Below are positions 23,301-31,501 of a stretch of DNA of 64,000 nucleotides, piece after piece. The notes beneath the pieces are model-generated. The model saw only the letters and a list, made by a program, of their open reading frames with translations, was not told the DNA's origin and did not search any database. Both the position numbers and the translations under genes were made by a program. How positions within the stretch are numbered: the first letter of the stretch is position 1; each line of letters starts with the position of its first letter. Source of the DNA: a virus; the IMG/VR virus record IMGVR_UViG_3300033053_000017, positions 1-64,000 of that record; one strand, 5' to 3'.

Positions 23301-26300
23301 GTATACTTACAGTTTCTTTCGTTAGCTGCTTTAATGTTTCGTCGTAAGTTTTAGTTAGTGGATATTCTGCTGTATCTATAGAATTAAATTCAACTTCAGG
23401 TTTATCTTTCAATTCTTGTTCATATCGCTTCTTAGTTTCATATGTTCCACTGTTACCAGGATATTTTTCATCAATCATTTTTGAAACAAGCTTATTTTTA
23501 GTTGTCCTTAATACGCCTTCTAAGGTTTCAATATGAGTTTTTGCAGTAACACCGTCTAAATGTTTTGCTTCTCCGCTTTCAATTAAATCTGCTATGTTTC
23601 TAATGATTTTCTGCTGTTTCTTTAGTGCCTCTCCTTCTGCTTCAGCGTTAGCTGCCATACTTGCCCTTCTAGCTGTGTTGGTTTGTCTATCTGCAAATTT
23701 ATTATCTATAGTTGATTGCATGTTATCAGCTACAGTTCTAAGTTTGTTGGCAACTTCTTTTTTTCTGCTTGGCTTAACTTCTTCTTTTGCAGTTTCTACT
23801 ACATCGCCTTTTTTAATAGAGTTAAGTTTTTCAGTAGGATCAAAGTAAAAATTAAATCCTCTTGTAAATCTTGAATAGCCAGCACCGCCCAAGTCCTTCA
23901 TTTGTTTATTTAAAGTCTTAAAGTCTCCACTCTTATCCTTAAATTTAACTACCCATAAATCTCTTTTATCCCTGGTATCTTGCGTTTTAGATATATCATA
24001 TTCACTATTAGATTCTAGGTTTGTTACTGTCTTAACTCCTTTTTCTTTCTCTTTAGCTTTAATATCTAAGGACTTTAATTCTTCGTACTGTCTTTGTTCC
24101 TCTGTGCTTAATTTTTTCACTCTTTTAGCTAGTTCAAAATCTTCTAATGTGGTAGGATTTTTAATGCTTTCAATTTTAGCCTTTCTTTCTTCTGCAGCTT
24201 TATTGTAAGAACTCTTTTTCTTTTCTAGCATTGAATCAAGTTTTTCCTGTGTAAGTTTTTCTAATGAGGATTTAATTTTGCCTTTCATCTGGTCCTCTAA
24301 GCGTTCCTTACCGCCATAACTTAAACCGCTTAATGTATCAGTATCAGCTATATCATAGTAAGTTCTATTTAATTGGTTATTGTAAATATGTTCAACCTTA
24401 TCTTGCTTCTTAGTATAGTCTTTAGCTCTCCATCCTATCATCTTGTCAAGTTCAGCGTTTTTAAGTTTAGATAGTTCGGATTTTATAACATCTTCATTGT
24501 TCATAATATACTCAGCATGGTTTTTAACTTCTTCTGCAGTAAGTGGTTCACCTTTTCTAATTTTGCTATTTGTTTTAGTTATAGTAGTTAAGGGGTTTTC
24601 TTGTTTAGCTTCTTCTTTTTTTGTTAACTCAGGATAATCTTTTGCGACTTCTTCAGGAACCTGTCTTCCTTCCTTTAGTGCATTTCTAACTGATTGTTCA
24701 TGTTCATATTGAAGTAGCTCCTTAGTTGCCCCACGAGTTTTACCAACATATTCAGCCTTTGTTTTTAAGTAAGCTTCTTCTTGTGCTTTTCTTGAATTAT
24801 CATATTTTTGTTTCAATTCTTGTTCATGTTCTTTCTTTAGCTGCTCTCCTTCTTGTTTTTTAATTTCTTTAACTTTATCTTCTGTTTGTTTAGATAGTTC
24901 TTTTGCTGTAGGTTTTCCCTTGCTTTTTTCCATTTCACTTTTAAGCTTTTCAGCATCTTCTTTAATTCCAGGATACTCTTTCAAAACTTCTTCAGGCACA
25001 TTTTTGCCTTCGATTAAAGCACTTTTAATTGAATTTTTATGCTGAATTTCTCCTAGTGGGTTCCACGATTCTTCTGTCCACCCTTTTTCTGATCTAACTT
25101 TTTTCATTTCTGCCTTGGTCAATTGCCAGTGTTCCTGTGGCTTTTCTTCCTTAACTTCAGTATTTAATTTCTGTCCGCTACCTTCAATATCATTCTTTTT
25201 AGATACGTAATCTTTATTAGCTTCAATGTCATTGCCCATCATATCTTTATATCCGTTACTTAGCCTGCTATCTATAACAAGTTCTATCTTCTTACTCTTA
25301 GCGTTATTTTCTTTCCCATCATCTGATATAAGTTTATTTAATCCTTCTTCTATGTCTTTATATCCCATTTTATATTGATCTCTTAAATAAGCTATATCAC
25401 CACTTGTTACCCTCTGCTGGCCCCATGTTGTGCCATCTTCTCTTGTGCCTTTTTCACCTTTAGAAGTGTTTTTCAAATCATCCAGCAAGGATTTTGCATC
25501 ATCTTGAATATGGTGTTTTAGTTCAGGATGTAAATACTGATAAGATTGAACCTTTCTATTTCCTACATTTGTGTTGTCTCTTTCATCTATAGGAAGTTGT
25601 TCTTTCGCTGTAGGCTGTGATTTTATGCTTTCATATTGTTCGCCATTCTTTTTAGCTAGTACATAATCACCTTCAGGTCTTTGTATTTCAACAGTACCAT
25701 CATTATTTATCTTGTGTATAGTCCCTGCATCCAGTTTATTATTATGGTTTAATAATACTTCGTCATTTACTTTATGTGTTATATTCTCCATAGAAGCGTT
25801 TTGAGCAGCATTATTTTCTACAGGTATATTTGTATCACTAAGTGCAACTTCATTTGTCTGTGGCTGTTCTGTGGTCTTAACATTATCTTCTACTGTATTT
25901 GCTTTTCTATTATTTTTCATTTCTTGTAATTTTTTAAATTCAGCACTCATATTATTTAATGTTGATTGATTTTCAGGTGTTATTTGTCCATTATTATCGG
26001 CTAGTATTTTTTTAGTTCTTTCAGTTAGATCATTTATTCTTTTATCTACAAATTCACTAGAAAGTTTAGGCTGTCTATAACTTCTTACTACTGGAATTTG
26101 TTCAGTACCTTCTGCATAATTTGTAACGTCTTTATATTGTGGTAGTCCTGTTTCCTGCTTTTGATAGTCAACATTTCTTTCTTTTTTAACACTTACCAAA
26201 GGCACTTGCTCATTTGCAGTAACAGGAACATTTTCTTTATAGGTCATTACACTTGGAACTTGTTCTTTTGCTGTAGGTTCTCTATAGGTTCTTACATAAG

Positions 26301-27849
26301 GTATTTGTTCTGTGGTCGTTTCTTTTACTGGATTAAATGTTGTGCTGTCTACTCCTGCAACCTGTCTTAGCCTTTGCCTATCACCTATTGCTCTTATATC
26401 TGTTTTAGCTGTTTCAGCATCTTTAACCAGCTGTTCTAAGTCAATTCCTAACTCTGGCTTTATTCTTGCCATTTCTTCAGGAGTAAGTTTATTAGTTCCA
26501 AAATGATTTCCTATAGCATCCATAGCATCTTGCAATTTCTGCTGTGCTTGTTCTGGAGCTGTATTTTTAACTGTATATGTGGTTCCTCCTGGTTTGCCTA
26601 ATCTTGTTTTTAATTCATTGTTTATAGCATTATTGCTTATATTATCAGGATTTAAGCCCATGTTGCTCATGGAGTTCTTAGTTTCATCATTATATTTTTT
26701 AGCCGCTAATAGTTCAGGAGCAGTATATGAGGACAAGTCATTACTTGTATTAACGCTATCTATAGTTGATTTAGGTATTGTCTGTGCTGTACTGTCAAAG
26801 GTTGTTTTGTCTATATCATGTATATTACCAGCTTCATCCTGTACTCTTACATTTTGCCCATCATCATTTAGAACTTTAACTTTTCCTTTGCCTTGTAAAT
26901 AGTGAGTGAAGGCATCTCCTACAAGCTTACCGCCTGCGCCCCACAACGCCCCTTGTTCAAAACCTTCTTTTACTGCTTCGCCTACATCTTGACCATTTAC
27001 AGCACTATTTATTCCTTCATTTAATCCAAACTCTGCACCTGTTTTTAAGGATTTCGTAATATAATCAGGTGTGTTTTTAATTGCATATCCTGTGCCTTGT
27101 GAAAGTTTATTAAGGGCATAATTGCCCCATTTATTTTCAACATTGTTTGCTAAATTAGATATATTTCCTTCTACTCTATTGCCTAAATTAGTAGCTTTAT
27201 TGGTAAGATCGTATTTACTAGCTAATTTATTTAAAGCATTTTCCGTAGGTTGTCCGATAACTTTATTCATGGCATTACCTATGGAGAAGTTAGCACCAGG
27301 AAGATTTGCACTGAACCCAATACCGCCCCCAATGAAGTCTGCTACTGAATCCGCTAAGTCACTTCCTGTACTGTATTCTTTATCTTTTAAAGCATTGCCG
27401 CCTGTCATAACATCCGCTGCAGATTGCCCAGCCCTAGCTATCCCACTAGTTATAGGATTACTACTGATTAAATCATCAAACTTAGTATTTAACCAGTCCT
27501 CACCTTTTCTAACAGTTCCCCAAAAGCCGGTATCATCATCACTACTATTGCTAGAACTACTAGAAGGAGTTATGCCATCAAAAGAAAATGAAGTATCGCT
27601 ATCATTACTATTATTGTTATTAGAACTATCTACAAACATATCAGCATATTTTGGATCTATTTGACTATCCGAACTATTATTACTACTTGATATATCCGAA
27701 CTTGCACTAGAGTTATCACTTGTTTCATCTTTTTGGTGGACTAAAGGATCATTTAGAAAACTAGGCAATTTACTTGATTGACTTTGAGATTGACTCCCGC
27801 TTGAAAAGCCATCAAGATAACTAGGTAATTTCTTTTTCTTTTTAGCCAT
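17341..27849 (-). CDS. Giant polyvalent protein (3502 aa) with N6-adenine MTase, PARP/DT-like ART and RadC/JAB domains
   Basis: MTase motif I ILEPSAGSGH and motif IV NPPF (aa 1713-1716, nt 22702-22713). VVYHGS...NAFWFAKD around aa 1846 (about nt 21900-22360). YYLLHNHPSGEPTPSKPD at aa 2204 (about nt 21130-21520). The N-terminus is Ser-rich and low-complexity. There are repeated ALxEG(K/R)xVPEEVxK(E/D)YP modules. Confidence 0.9.
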   Translation of the reverse strand: MAKKKKKLPSYLDGFSSGSQSQSQSSKLPSFLNDPLVHQKDETSDNSSASSDISSSNNSSDSQIDPKYADMFVDSSNNNNSNDSDTSFSFDGITPSSSSSNSSDDDTGFWGTVRKGEDWLNTKFDDLISSNPITSGIARAGQSAADVMTGGNALKDKEYSTGSDLADSVADFIGGGIGFSANLPGANFSIGNAMNKVIGQPTENALNKLASKYDLTNKATNLGNRVEGNISNLANNVENKWGNYALNKLSQGTGYAIKNTPDYITKSLKTGAEFGLNEGINSAVNGQDVGEAVKEGFEQGALWGAGGKLVGDAFTHYLQGKGKVKVLNDDGQNVRVQDEAGNIHDIDKTTFDSTAQTIPKSTIDSVNTSNDLSSYTAPELLAAKKYNDETKNSMSNMGLNPDNISNNAINNELKTRLGKPGGTTYTVKNTAPEQAQQKLQDAMDAIGNHFGTNKLTPEEMARIKPELGIDLEQLVKDAETAKTDIRAIGDRQRLRQVAGVDSTTFNPVKETTTEQIPYVRTYREPTAKEQVPSVMTYKENVPVTANEQVPLVSVKKERNVDYQKQETGLPQYKDVTNYAEGTEQIPVVRSYRQPKLSSEFVDKRINDLTERTKKILADNNGQITPENQSTLNNMSAEFKKLQEMKNNRKANTVEDNVKTTEQPQTNEVALSDTNIPVENNAAQNASMENITHKVNDEVLLNHNNKLDAGTIHKINNDGTVEIQRPEGDYVLAKKNGEQYESIKSQPTAKEQLPIDERDNTNVGNRKVQSYQYLHPELKHHIQDDAKSLLDDLKNTSKGEKGTREDGTTWGQQRVTSGDIAYLRDQYKMGYKDIEEGLNKLISDDGKENNAKSKKIELVIDSRLSNGYKDMMGNDIEANKDYVSKKNDIEGSGQKLNTEVKEEKPQEHWQLTKAEMKKVRSEKGWTEESWNPLGEIQHKNSIKSALIEGKNVPEEVLKEYPGIKEDAEKLKSEMEKSKGKPTAKELSKQTEDKVKEIKKQEGEQLKKEHEQELKQKYDNSRKAQEEAYLKTKAEYVGKTRGATKELLQYEHEQSVRNALKEGRQVPEEVAKDYPELTKKEEAKQENPLTTITKTNSKIRKGEPLTAEEVKNHAEYIMNNEDVIKSELSKLKNAELDKMIGWRAKDYTKKQDKVEHIYNNQLNRTYYDIADTDTLSGLSYGGKERLEDQMKGKIKSSLEKLTQEKLDSMLEKKKSSYNKAAEERKAKIESIKNPTTLEDFELAKRVKKLSTEEQRQYEELKSLDIKAKEKEKGVKTVTNLESNSEYDISKTQDTRDKRDLWVVKFKDKSGDFKTLNKQMKDLGGAGYSRFTRGFNFYFDPTEKLNSIKKGDVVETAKEEVKPSRKKEVANKLRTVADNMQSTIDNKFADRQTNTARRASMAANAEAEGEALKKQQKIIRNIADLIESGEAKHLDGVTAKTHIETLEGVLRTTKNKLVSKMIDEKYPGNSGTYETKKRYEQELKDKPEVEFNSIDTAEYPLTKTYDETLKQLTKETVSIPNTARLRQKIDKAVVQNKVKGEERYIDTKNIAEDIIELYDKLKRSGKDFSRDYDLVDYKRLQTMGIKNTTMLRAALREFQKAKGDFKLSPEEVQAKKVKELERGIIGKKFESYFPTPKKVVDRMLEEANIKDGESILEPSAGSGHIADMIKAEHPKNNLEVGEYNNSLSEILKAKGHNVVSQDFLEHKGQYDKIIMNPPFEKNQDVIHVQHAYEQLKPGGRIVAIMSEHPFFANDKKSVEFREWLDGLGGTSEKLPEGSFKESDRSTGVNTRLVVIDKPESNQVKEKAEAYNNVNSNNFEGAKVETPEFKKWFGDSKVTDEKGNPLVVYHGSTFVGKDKKGISTFGGRRNAFWFAKDAEHAETFAMGGRKQNKLKKGANITPVYLKLENPLDLRSMSLNDQVTAGHILVNSGITREKATSVINDYYKSEVEQRRKLLEKEGLLNEHPNYEEEVADQIRNGKWDAYMYFDNNNFVKALKDNDIDGLVWKELKSETYAVFSPNQIKSSIGNNSKFDLNSKNILEEEKQSFIEDGEKSSQQKDKTDLLGKIQHLYKNKDKEAMNLASEAIESTRQLEDRVRSTGGTTSGNGIKTVGVSFSKELAHKGYVELRGRKVNDVKDVAVMGQIFRNPQYETFRIIYTRGNEIVGHEAMTSRIPGSTVAFLKNKPAAFFEMNQRMKRMKADGYYLLHNHPSGEPTPSKPDLEATKAYRDNVKGFKGHVVINSEKYATIGKGLESDILDLGMGEDKILKPSLDHPLLGETIKNPQQLAITSKELQLDSNQSAVFYMDSKLKVRAIQEIPSKILENEKATTDYLRGRMKEFGSTSVFVNANGEGATESLSNLVRKGHINDALINTKESTVSLRKDMGIRPDKVNNTKWMGKDVGKGVRVNETEEKFRENRYREQSVIKKTTDRVATNNPKYETVEKVSHETKPVFSGYKEQPYKTVKKESTPVWKGYEAKELGEKPKGNKVSGYKEVIHETTKVVPQSTKYSSKKMPSLMNPKKPIIENEKYNLKNIGEVTVKSINGKNVIATHKSGKDITISKKTFNDLNRTRMESNDVKVNDVKTNDASIDFNKIDDANTLKEHISNLKTAVKEAVKAKDNKKVRSINLQLFAAEQRLKQLKDVVRPNMPENDVKIVSSKNDSKFSFKNSWNKFYTRIVDTNKPTADFSKVSGDKAYIKSTNSKNVGGVVDHILTSALVDMKGKKIGNSLRELVNQVPKGKENEFWEYMLHRHNVQRYAENKPVYPKHNSESSQNIVNEFEKLNPDLKRAGDNVTKWLKTFMEEWGHKSGLISDDLWNSLKKKYPNYIPTNRSFTELEGGIEKTNGKGFVDQSTPLSRAQGSDRDIKNPVENIMNLVNRTVRTAKYNEVGQEALNSIRQHPTELQGFAEIIPKDVEINHNHDNIVTVLENGERVNLQINNKPFLDALKAVNKSDLGDITRKAKAATNLFKALITTKNPLFAISNVSRDIPTYMINSKENNPLKAVGNLGSAFKDVLTNAESYQKYKGVGGGGSNFFDSEKTYKSAAQLRKEGLLSRIGNKVEAFNNALESAPRLAEFKRTLAKTGDIEKALFDSNEVTTNFSRGGDVTKKVDAWVPYLNASIQGLDKLVRQFKGKKAIPTVAKGLIGVTSLSVLQNIVNADNPNYDKLDNRTKDTYYLIPYGDKFIKIPKSREYGVIFGSLFERIWRKSNGDDEAFKGFGNTIATNFSPTDPIENNIFSPLIYNLPSNKDFAGRAIVPQSIEGRSAELQYDEKTSEIGKLFGKLGLSPKQVDYVIKSYTGVIGQFVLPMTTLSNTKGDSKLDDILSPVTTRFTADPLYNNQDVQDFYDNMQKSKTAAADKNFSENIDSKVVTHEENVSSEFTKANKTIADLSKQVFEAMQNGETEKVKSLRQQIIDTAAEANKLMNGDSSIVSPTELKSNIEDHIKYNTSSKATYIRQQADLISKANISLEKKSQLLQSLSNKAAVLKKGKAPTKKKGKANPYDN

Positions 27850-27861
27850 ATGTGTTCCTCC

Positions 27862-29382
27862 TTAGAATCTGAACTCAGTGTCAGAATCGTAACTATTGCC
27901 GGCATAATCGGTACTGGTTCCACCGCCTCCACTATCTGAAGCACTAACATCATCTAACTGCTTTAACAATGAATTATATGTACTATATCCAGCCTTTGTT
28001 ATTAATTCGTCTCTATTGTTGGATAACCAGTTCGATAAATCAGATGTAGTTGCTGTACCATCCTTAACCTGTTGAAGCATATCAGCAAATTTAGCTTGTG
28101 TCATATTGACAATATCTGATTGTGAATAATCATCTGCTGTTGCAGCATCTTTTTCTTTATTATAATCAAAAGTTTGCTGCCAGTTTGATTGATCCACGCC
28201 TTTCCAGTAGTTATTGTTATTAAATTCTTGTTGCCAATTGCTCTGATCTACACCTTTCCAATAATTATTATTATCAAAAGTTTGCTGCCAGTTTGATTGG
28301 TCAACACCTTTCCAGTAATTGTCGTTGTCGAAAGTTTTTTGCCAGTGGTCATTGCTTGTATCAAATTCTTTCTGCCAATTGCTTTGTTGCTGATCCTTAT
28401 AAGCTTGGTCTGCATTAAAGTTTTTATTTTGCCAGTAATTACTATTAGCATTACTATAAAGTTGCTGCTGTCTATTAAATTGGTCATTATATAATTGATA
28501 AGCCCTATCATAAGCTTTGTCATAATTAGCGGATGCCATATTATTAACTTGTTGTTGATTAGCTAAATCGGCATACATAATGTCTTTATTCCTATAGGCA
28601 TTTATTTGATCGTCCCTATTTCCAGCATAGCTGCTTCTTGCCAGTCCTCTCCTTAGAGTGTCATTGTCTGAATTTTCTACTTGGGTATCGTAGTTATCAT
28701 TAATTTTTATCTTTTCCATTTCCAATTGCGGAGATAATAAGTTTTGAGCCTGGTCTAAATAATCCTGCATACTGCCATTGAAAGTAAAAGCATCATTTGT
28801 AGGTGCTAAAGAATTTACATAACTTGACCCCATTTTATCCGCTGTTGCTGCTTCGTCCTTACCGCCCACTCTAGTTACTCCCAAGGAATTAAGCATATCA
28901 TCTGTTATATTCGTGTTAACGCCTGTTCCTCCAAGAAGAACACTGCCGGCTACCATTGAATTAGGGTTGAAACTCTGCTGAGATACATCAACAAATTGAT
29001 AGTTTGGATTGTTACCATATAAGTTTTTGGCATTTGCTAAATCTCTATCTGACCCATAAACTATTTTTTTACCCATAGCATTAGCTAAAGCTGTTTGCGT
29101 TCCTGCTTGGTTATCACCCCATAATCTAGTCACACCTTTACTGTTAAGTAGATTATCAGTAACATTGCCGTTAACTGCCGAACCCCCAAGCATCCATGAA
29201 CCGCTTACCATTGAATTAGGGTCAAAACCTTGGGCTGAAGTATCTACAAATTTATAGCCAGCGTTGTTACCATAAAGGCTTTTAGCATTAGAAAGATCGC
29301 TCCCCGACCCATATATATATTTAACTTGATTAGCATTATTATTAGCTGTATTTGTTGTAGAAGTTGTATTTGCCATATACAC
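27862..29382 (-). CDS. Cell-wall-binding (CWB2-like x2) protein with a W/N/Q-rich repeat region
   Basis: Two repeats of about 95 aa (YGS.SDL.NAK.LYGNN..Y.FVD...VTR..G.) resemble CWB2. These are followed by NYWKGVDQSNWQQ x3. Confidence 0.7.
   Translation of the reverse strand: MYMANTTSTTNTANNNANQVKYIYGSGSDLSNAKSLYGNNAGYKFVDTSAQGFDPNSMVSGSWMLGGSAVNGNVTDNLLNSKGVTRLWGDNQAGTQTALANAMGKKIVYGSDRDLANAKNLYGNNPNYQFVDVSQQSFNPNSMVAGSVLLGGTGVNTNITDDMLNSLGVTRVGGKDEAATADKMGSSYVNSLAPTNDAFTFNGSMQDYLDQAQNLLSPQLEMEKIKINDNYDTQVENSDNDTLRRGLARSSYAGNRDDQINAYRNKDIMYADLANQQQVNNMASANYDKAYDRAYQLYNDQFNRQQQLYSNANSNYWQNKNFNADQAYKDQQQSNWQKEFDTSNDHWQKTFDNDNYWKGVDQSNWQQTFDNNNYWKGVDQSNWQQEFNNNNYWKGVDQSNWQQTFDYNKEKDAATADDYSQSDIVNMTQAKFADMLQQVKDGTATTSDLSNWLSNNRDELITKAGYSTYNSLLKQLDDVSASDSGGGGTSTDYAGNSYDSDTEFRF
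28174..28335. repeat. Tandem 54-bp repeat x3 (coding)
   Basis: The period-54 spacing of the CAGTTTGATTG motif was read directly. It encodes (T/E)F(D/N)N(D/N)NYWKGVDQSNWQQ. Confidence 0.9.
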
Positions 29383-29435
29383 TACCTCCTTTACATAAAT
29401 TTCATGTGAAAAATTATTTACATATTTATACTTTT

Positions 29436-29465
29436 ATTATACATAAGGAAAAGGAAGTTGTACAA
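29436..29465 (-). promoter_or_regulatory. Promoter of the CWB2 / polyvalent-protein operon (overlaps the terminator)
   Basis: TTGTAC, 18 nt, TGtTATAAT on the minus strand. Confidence 0.5.
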
Positions 29466-29470
29466 CTTCC
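29441..29470 (-). terminator. Terminator after the fibre genes
   Basis: Perfect palindrome GGAAGTTGTACAACTTCC followed by UUUUCCUUAUG on the minus strand. Confidence 0.6.
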
Positions 29471-29472
29471 CT

Positions 29473-29973
29473 TTAAACAAAGTACTTAGGACAACTAGTC
29501 CAGTTTGTAGCTTGACCCTTGTAAGGGCAACTTTGCCAAGGTATACTTCCTGTGGTCATATATCCCTGAGAAGTAACCCATGATTGTGTAGCATAACCCG
29601 TAAGCCAAGGTGATATAAAGCTTCCTAGATTGTTCGATGTTATTATATCGTGTCCACCTATACTACCACTATTAGGGGCTAATTGAGTTGATTGTGAACC
29701 ATCTGCATTTAAAACCGCAAATTGTCCATTGCCATTCATTGTAGCCCTGACATTGCCACTTGCATCATAAAGATTTATAAATCCACCGACGCTAGTATCG
29801 TCACCTGACATATAAGCCAAAGTCGTTGTCAAGTCGGAGGCTTTTTGACTAATAGGTACATTTACAGTGCCTCTCGTTATACCTTTAGCATTAAGATTAA
29901 ATAGCTTTTGTTCCAAGGTTTCGACACGTTCTGTTAAATATCTTATTTTCTTTTCCATTTCTTCTACAGTCAT
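29473..29973 (-). CDS. Fibre-associated protein with an N-terminal coiled coil
   Basis: 166 aa. EEMEKKIRYLTERVETLEQKL followed by a Gly/Ser/Thr-rich beta region. Sits in the tail-fibre cluster. Confidence 0.5.
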   Translation of the reverse strand: MTVEEMEKKIRYLTERVETLEQKLFNLNAKGITRGTVNVPISQKASDLTTTLAYMSGDDTSVGGFINLYDASGNVRATMNGNGQFAVLNADGSQSTQLAPNSGSIGGHDIITSNNLGSFISPWLTGYATQSWVTSQGYMTTGSIPWQSCPYKGQATNWTSCPKYFV

Positions 29974-29986
29974 TTAATCACTTCCT

Positions 29987-31486
29987 TTAATCTTCGTCTA
30001 CATCCATTAAAATTTTAGGATTTATTAATGTGAAAGAACTTCCATCAACATTACTGAATTTAAAATTAAATCTCCGGCCTTTATTCCTTAACCTTTTTTT
30101 TATTACTGTAGGTGTACTTGGTAAATCTATTGTGATGCTTTTGGTTGTACCATCAAAAGTAGCATCTATTTTTATTTGTCCTTCTCCCTGAAAAGTGCCA
30201 TAAAGATATGTACTTGTTTTAGTTGCATTTGGTGCATCCCAATCGGTATTTGGCGTGCCCCAAAAGGCTTCTATCTTCTCACCATCTAATGTAGTCCCTG
30301 TGTCATATTCGTAAACATCACAAACATAAATCTTTACAGGATTTCCAGACTCGTCCGTAAATGTGCTAGAAACTCTTTTCTTACCATTTGTAAATATTAA
30401 AGTATCGTCATACTTTACAAAACTATTAACACTTATTCCTGTTCTAATATTAAAAGTTTTATTTAATACGTCATATTCTATAATAGTATTGTTTTCCGTA
30501 GCATCTTGGCCCACTGGAACCGCAAGTATGTATTTACCATCGTGGAATATGCCTACAGCTTTATCTATTACATCTTTAGTTAAATTATCTATTATATTCT
30601 TTATAGGAGTTGATATAAGCTGTGTCTCTGTACCCTCATAGACATATATTCCATCCTCAGCTAAAAAGAAAGCCATCGTAACCGCATTAGCAATGCTTCT
30701 TTTAGCAATAGCACCTATGCTTGTGTAGATTGTTTTCTTTTCATATTCGCCCGGGTAACTACCGTAAATTTTAAAGATATTTTTCTCTTTGAAAACAACT
30801 ATATTGTCAAAGATACTCATAACCGCAATACATTTGCTGCCATCCCAGGTAGGCATATCAATTAAACCGCCGGTTGTTAAAGTTTGTGTCCATACTTCAG
30901 GGTTTAAATCATCTGAATAATAAACGCTGTTAGGTTCAGTACTAATGCCAGTACCCCAAACTCTTTCATAATGCAGAGCCAAGGATGAAAACTTTGGAGG
31001 TGTACCGCCTAAATTCGCCACTGTCGTACCATCATATTTTAAAACATTATCTACACCATTTGTCATTATGATTAAATCTGTATCGTTCTTTTGATAGTTG
31101 ATATATTCAAAGTACCCATTGGTTAAGCCTGTTTTAATCGACTGCCACCCTGGACCATCTGAAAGCTTATAATTTGCCATATCTAACTTATAGATTGCAC
31201 TTTCAGTAGCAGCTAAAAGGTATGATGATACTGTCCCATCGTCGTTATTGGTGTAGAAAGGCATTAAACTTTTAATGCCTGTTTCTGTTTCTGATCCTAA
31301 TATCAATGCTTGGTTTTGATTTACAAACTTTTTATATCCTTTGCAAGTGTTTAAATTTCCGTCCCTAATGTCCATATTCTGAGCATTTTGTGTTTCCCCT
31401 GTAGAAAGGAATTGACTATGACTAGATTGATTGTATCCTGTAAATCTATGAATGGCATATTGCTGACTAACTTCGTCTTGCGCCAT
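29987..31486 (-). CDS. Virion structural protein (tail/baseplate-like, 499 aa)
   Basis: Lies between fibre genes and has a beta-rich composition. No specific motif recognised. Confidence 0.5.
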   Translation of the reverse strand: MAQDEVSQQYAIHRFTGYNQSSHSQFLSTGETQNAQNMDIRDGNLNTCKGYKKFVNQNQALILGSETETGIKSLMPFYTNNDDGTVSSYLLAATESAIYKLDMANYKLSDGPGWQSIKTGLTNGYFEYINYQKNDTDLIIMTNGVDNVLKYDGTTVANLGGTPPKFSSLALHYERVWGTGISTEPNSVYYSDDLNPEVWTQTLTTGGLIDMPTWDGSKCIAVMSIFDNIVVFKEKNIFKIYGSYPGEYEKKTIYTSIGAIAKRSIANAVTMAFFLAEDGIYVYEGTETQLISTPIKNIIDNLTKDVIDKAVGIFHDGKYILAVPVGQDATENNTIIEYDVLNKTFNIRTGISVNSFVKYDDTLIFTNGKKRVSSTFTDESGNPVKIYVCDVYEYDTGTTLDGEKIEAFWGTPNTDWDAPNATKTSTYLYGTFQGEGQIKIDATFDGTTKSITIDLPSTPTVIKKRLRNKGRRFNFKFSNVDGSSFTLINPKILMDVDED

Positions 31487-31501
31487 ATAACTCCCTCCTT
31501 T

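Noticed and set aside
27753-27953. Minus-strand alternative-frame ORFs overlapping real genes: 27753..27953, 28248..28523, 37367..37555, 57517..57717 and 14206..14391.
   Set aside because: They overlap better-supported genes in another frame or strand and have low-complexity translations with no SD.
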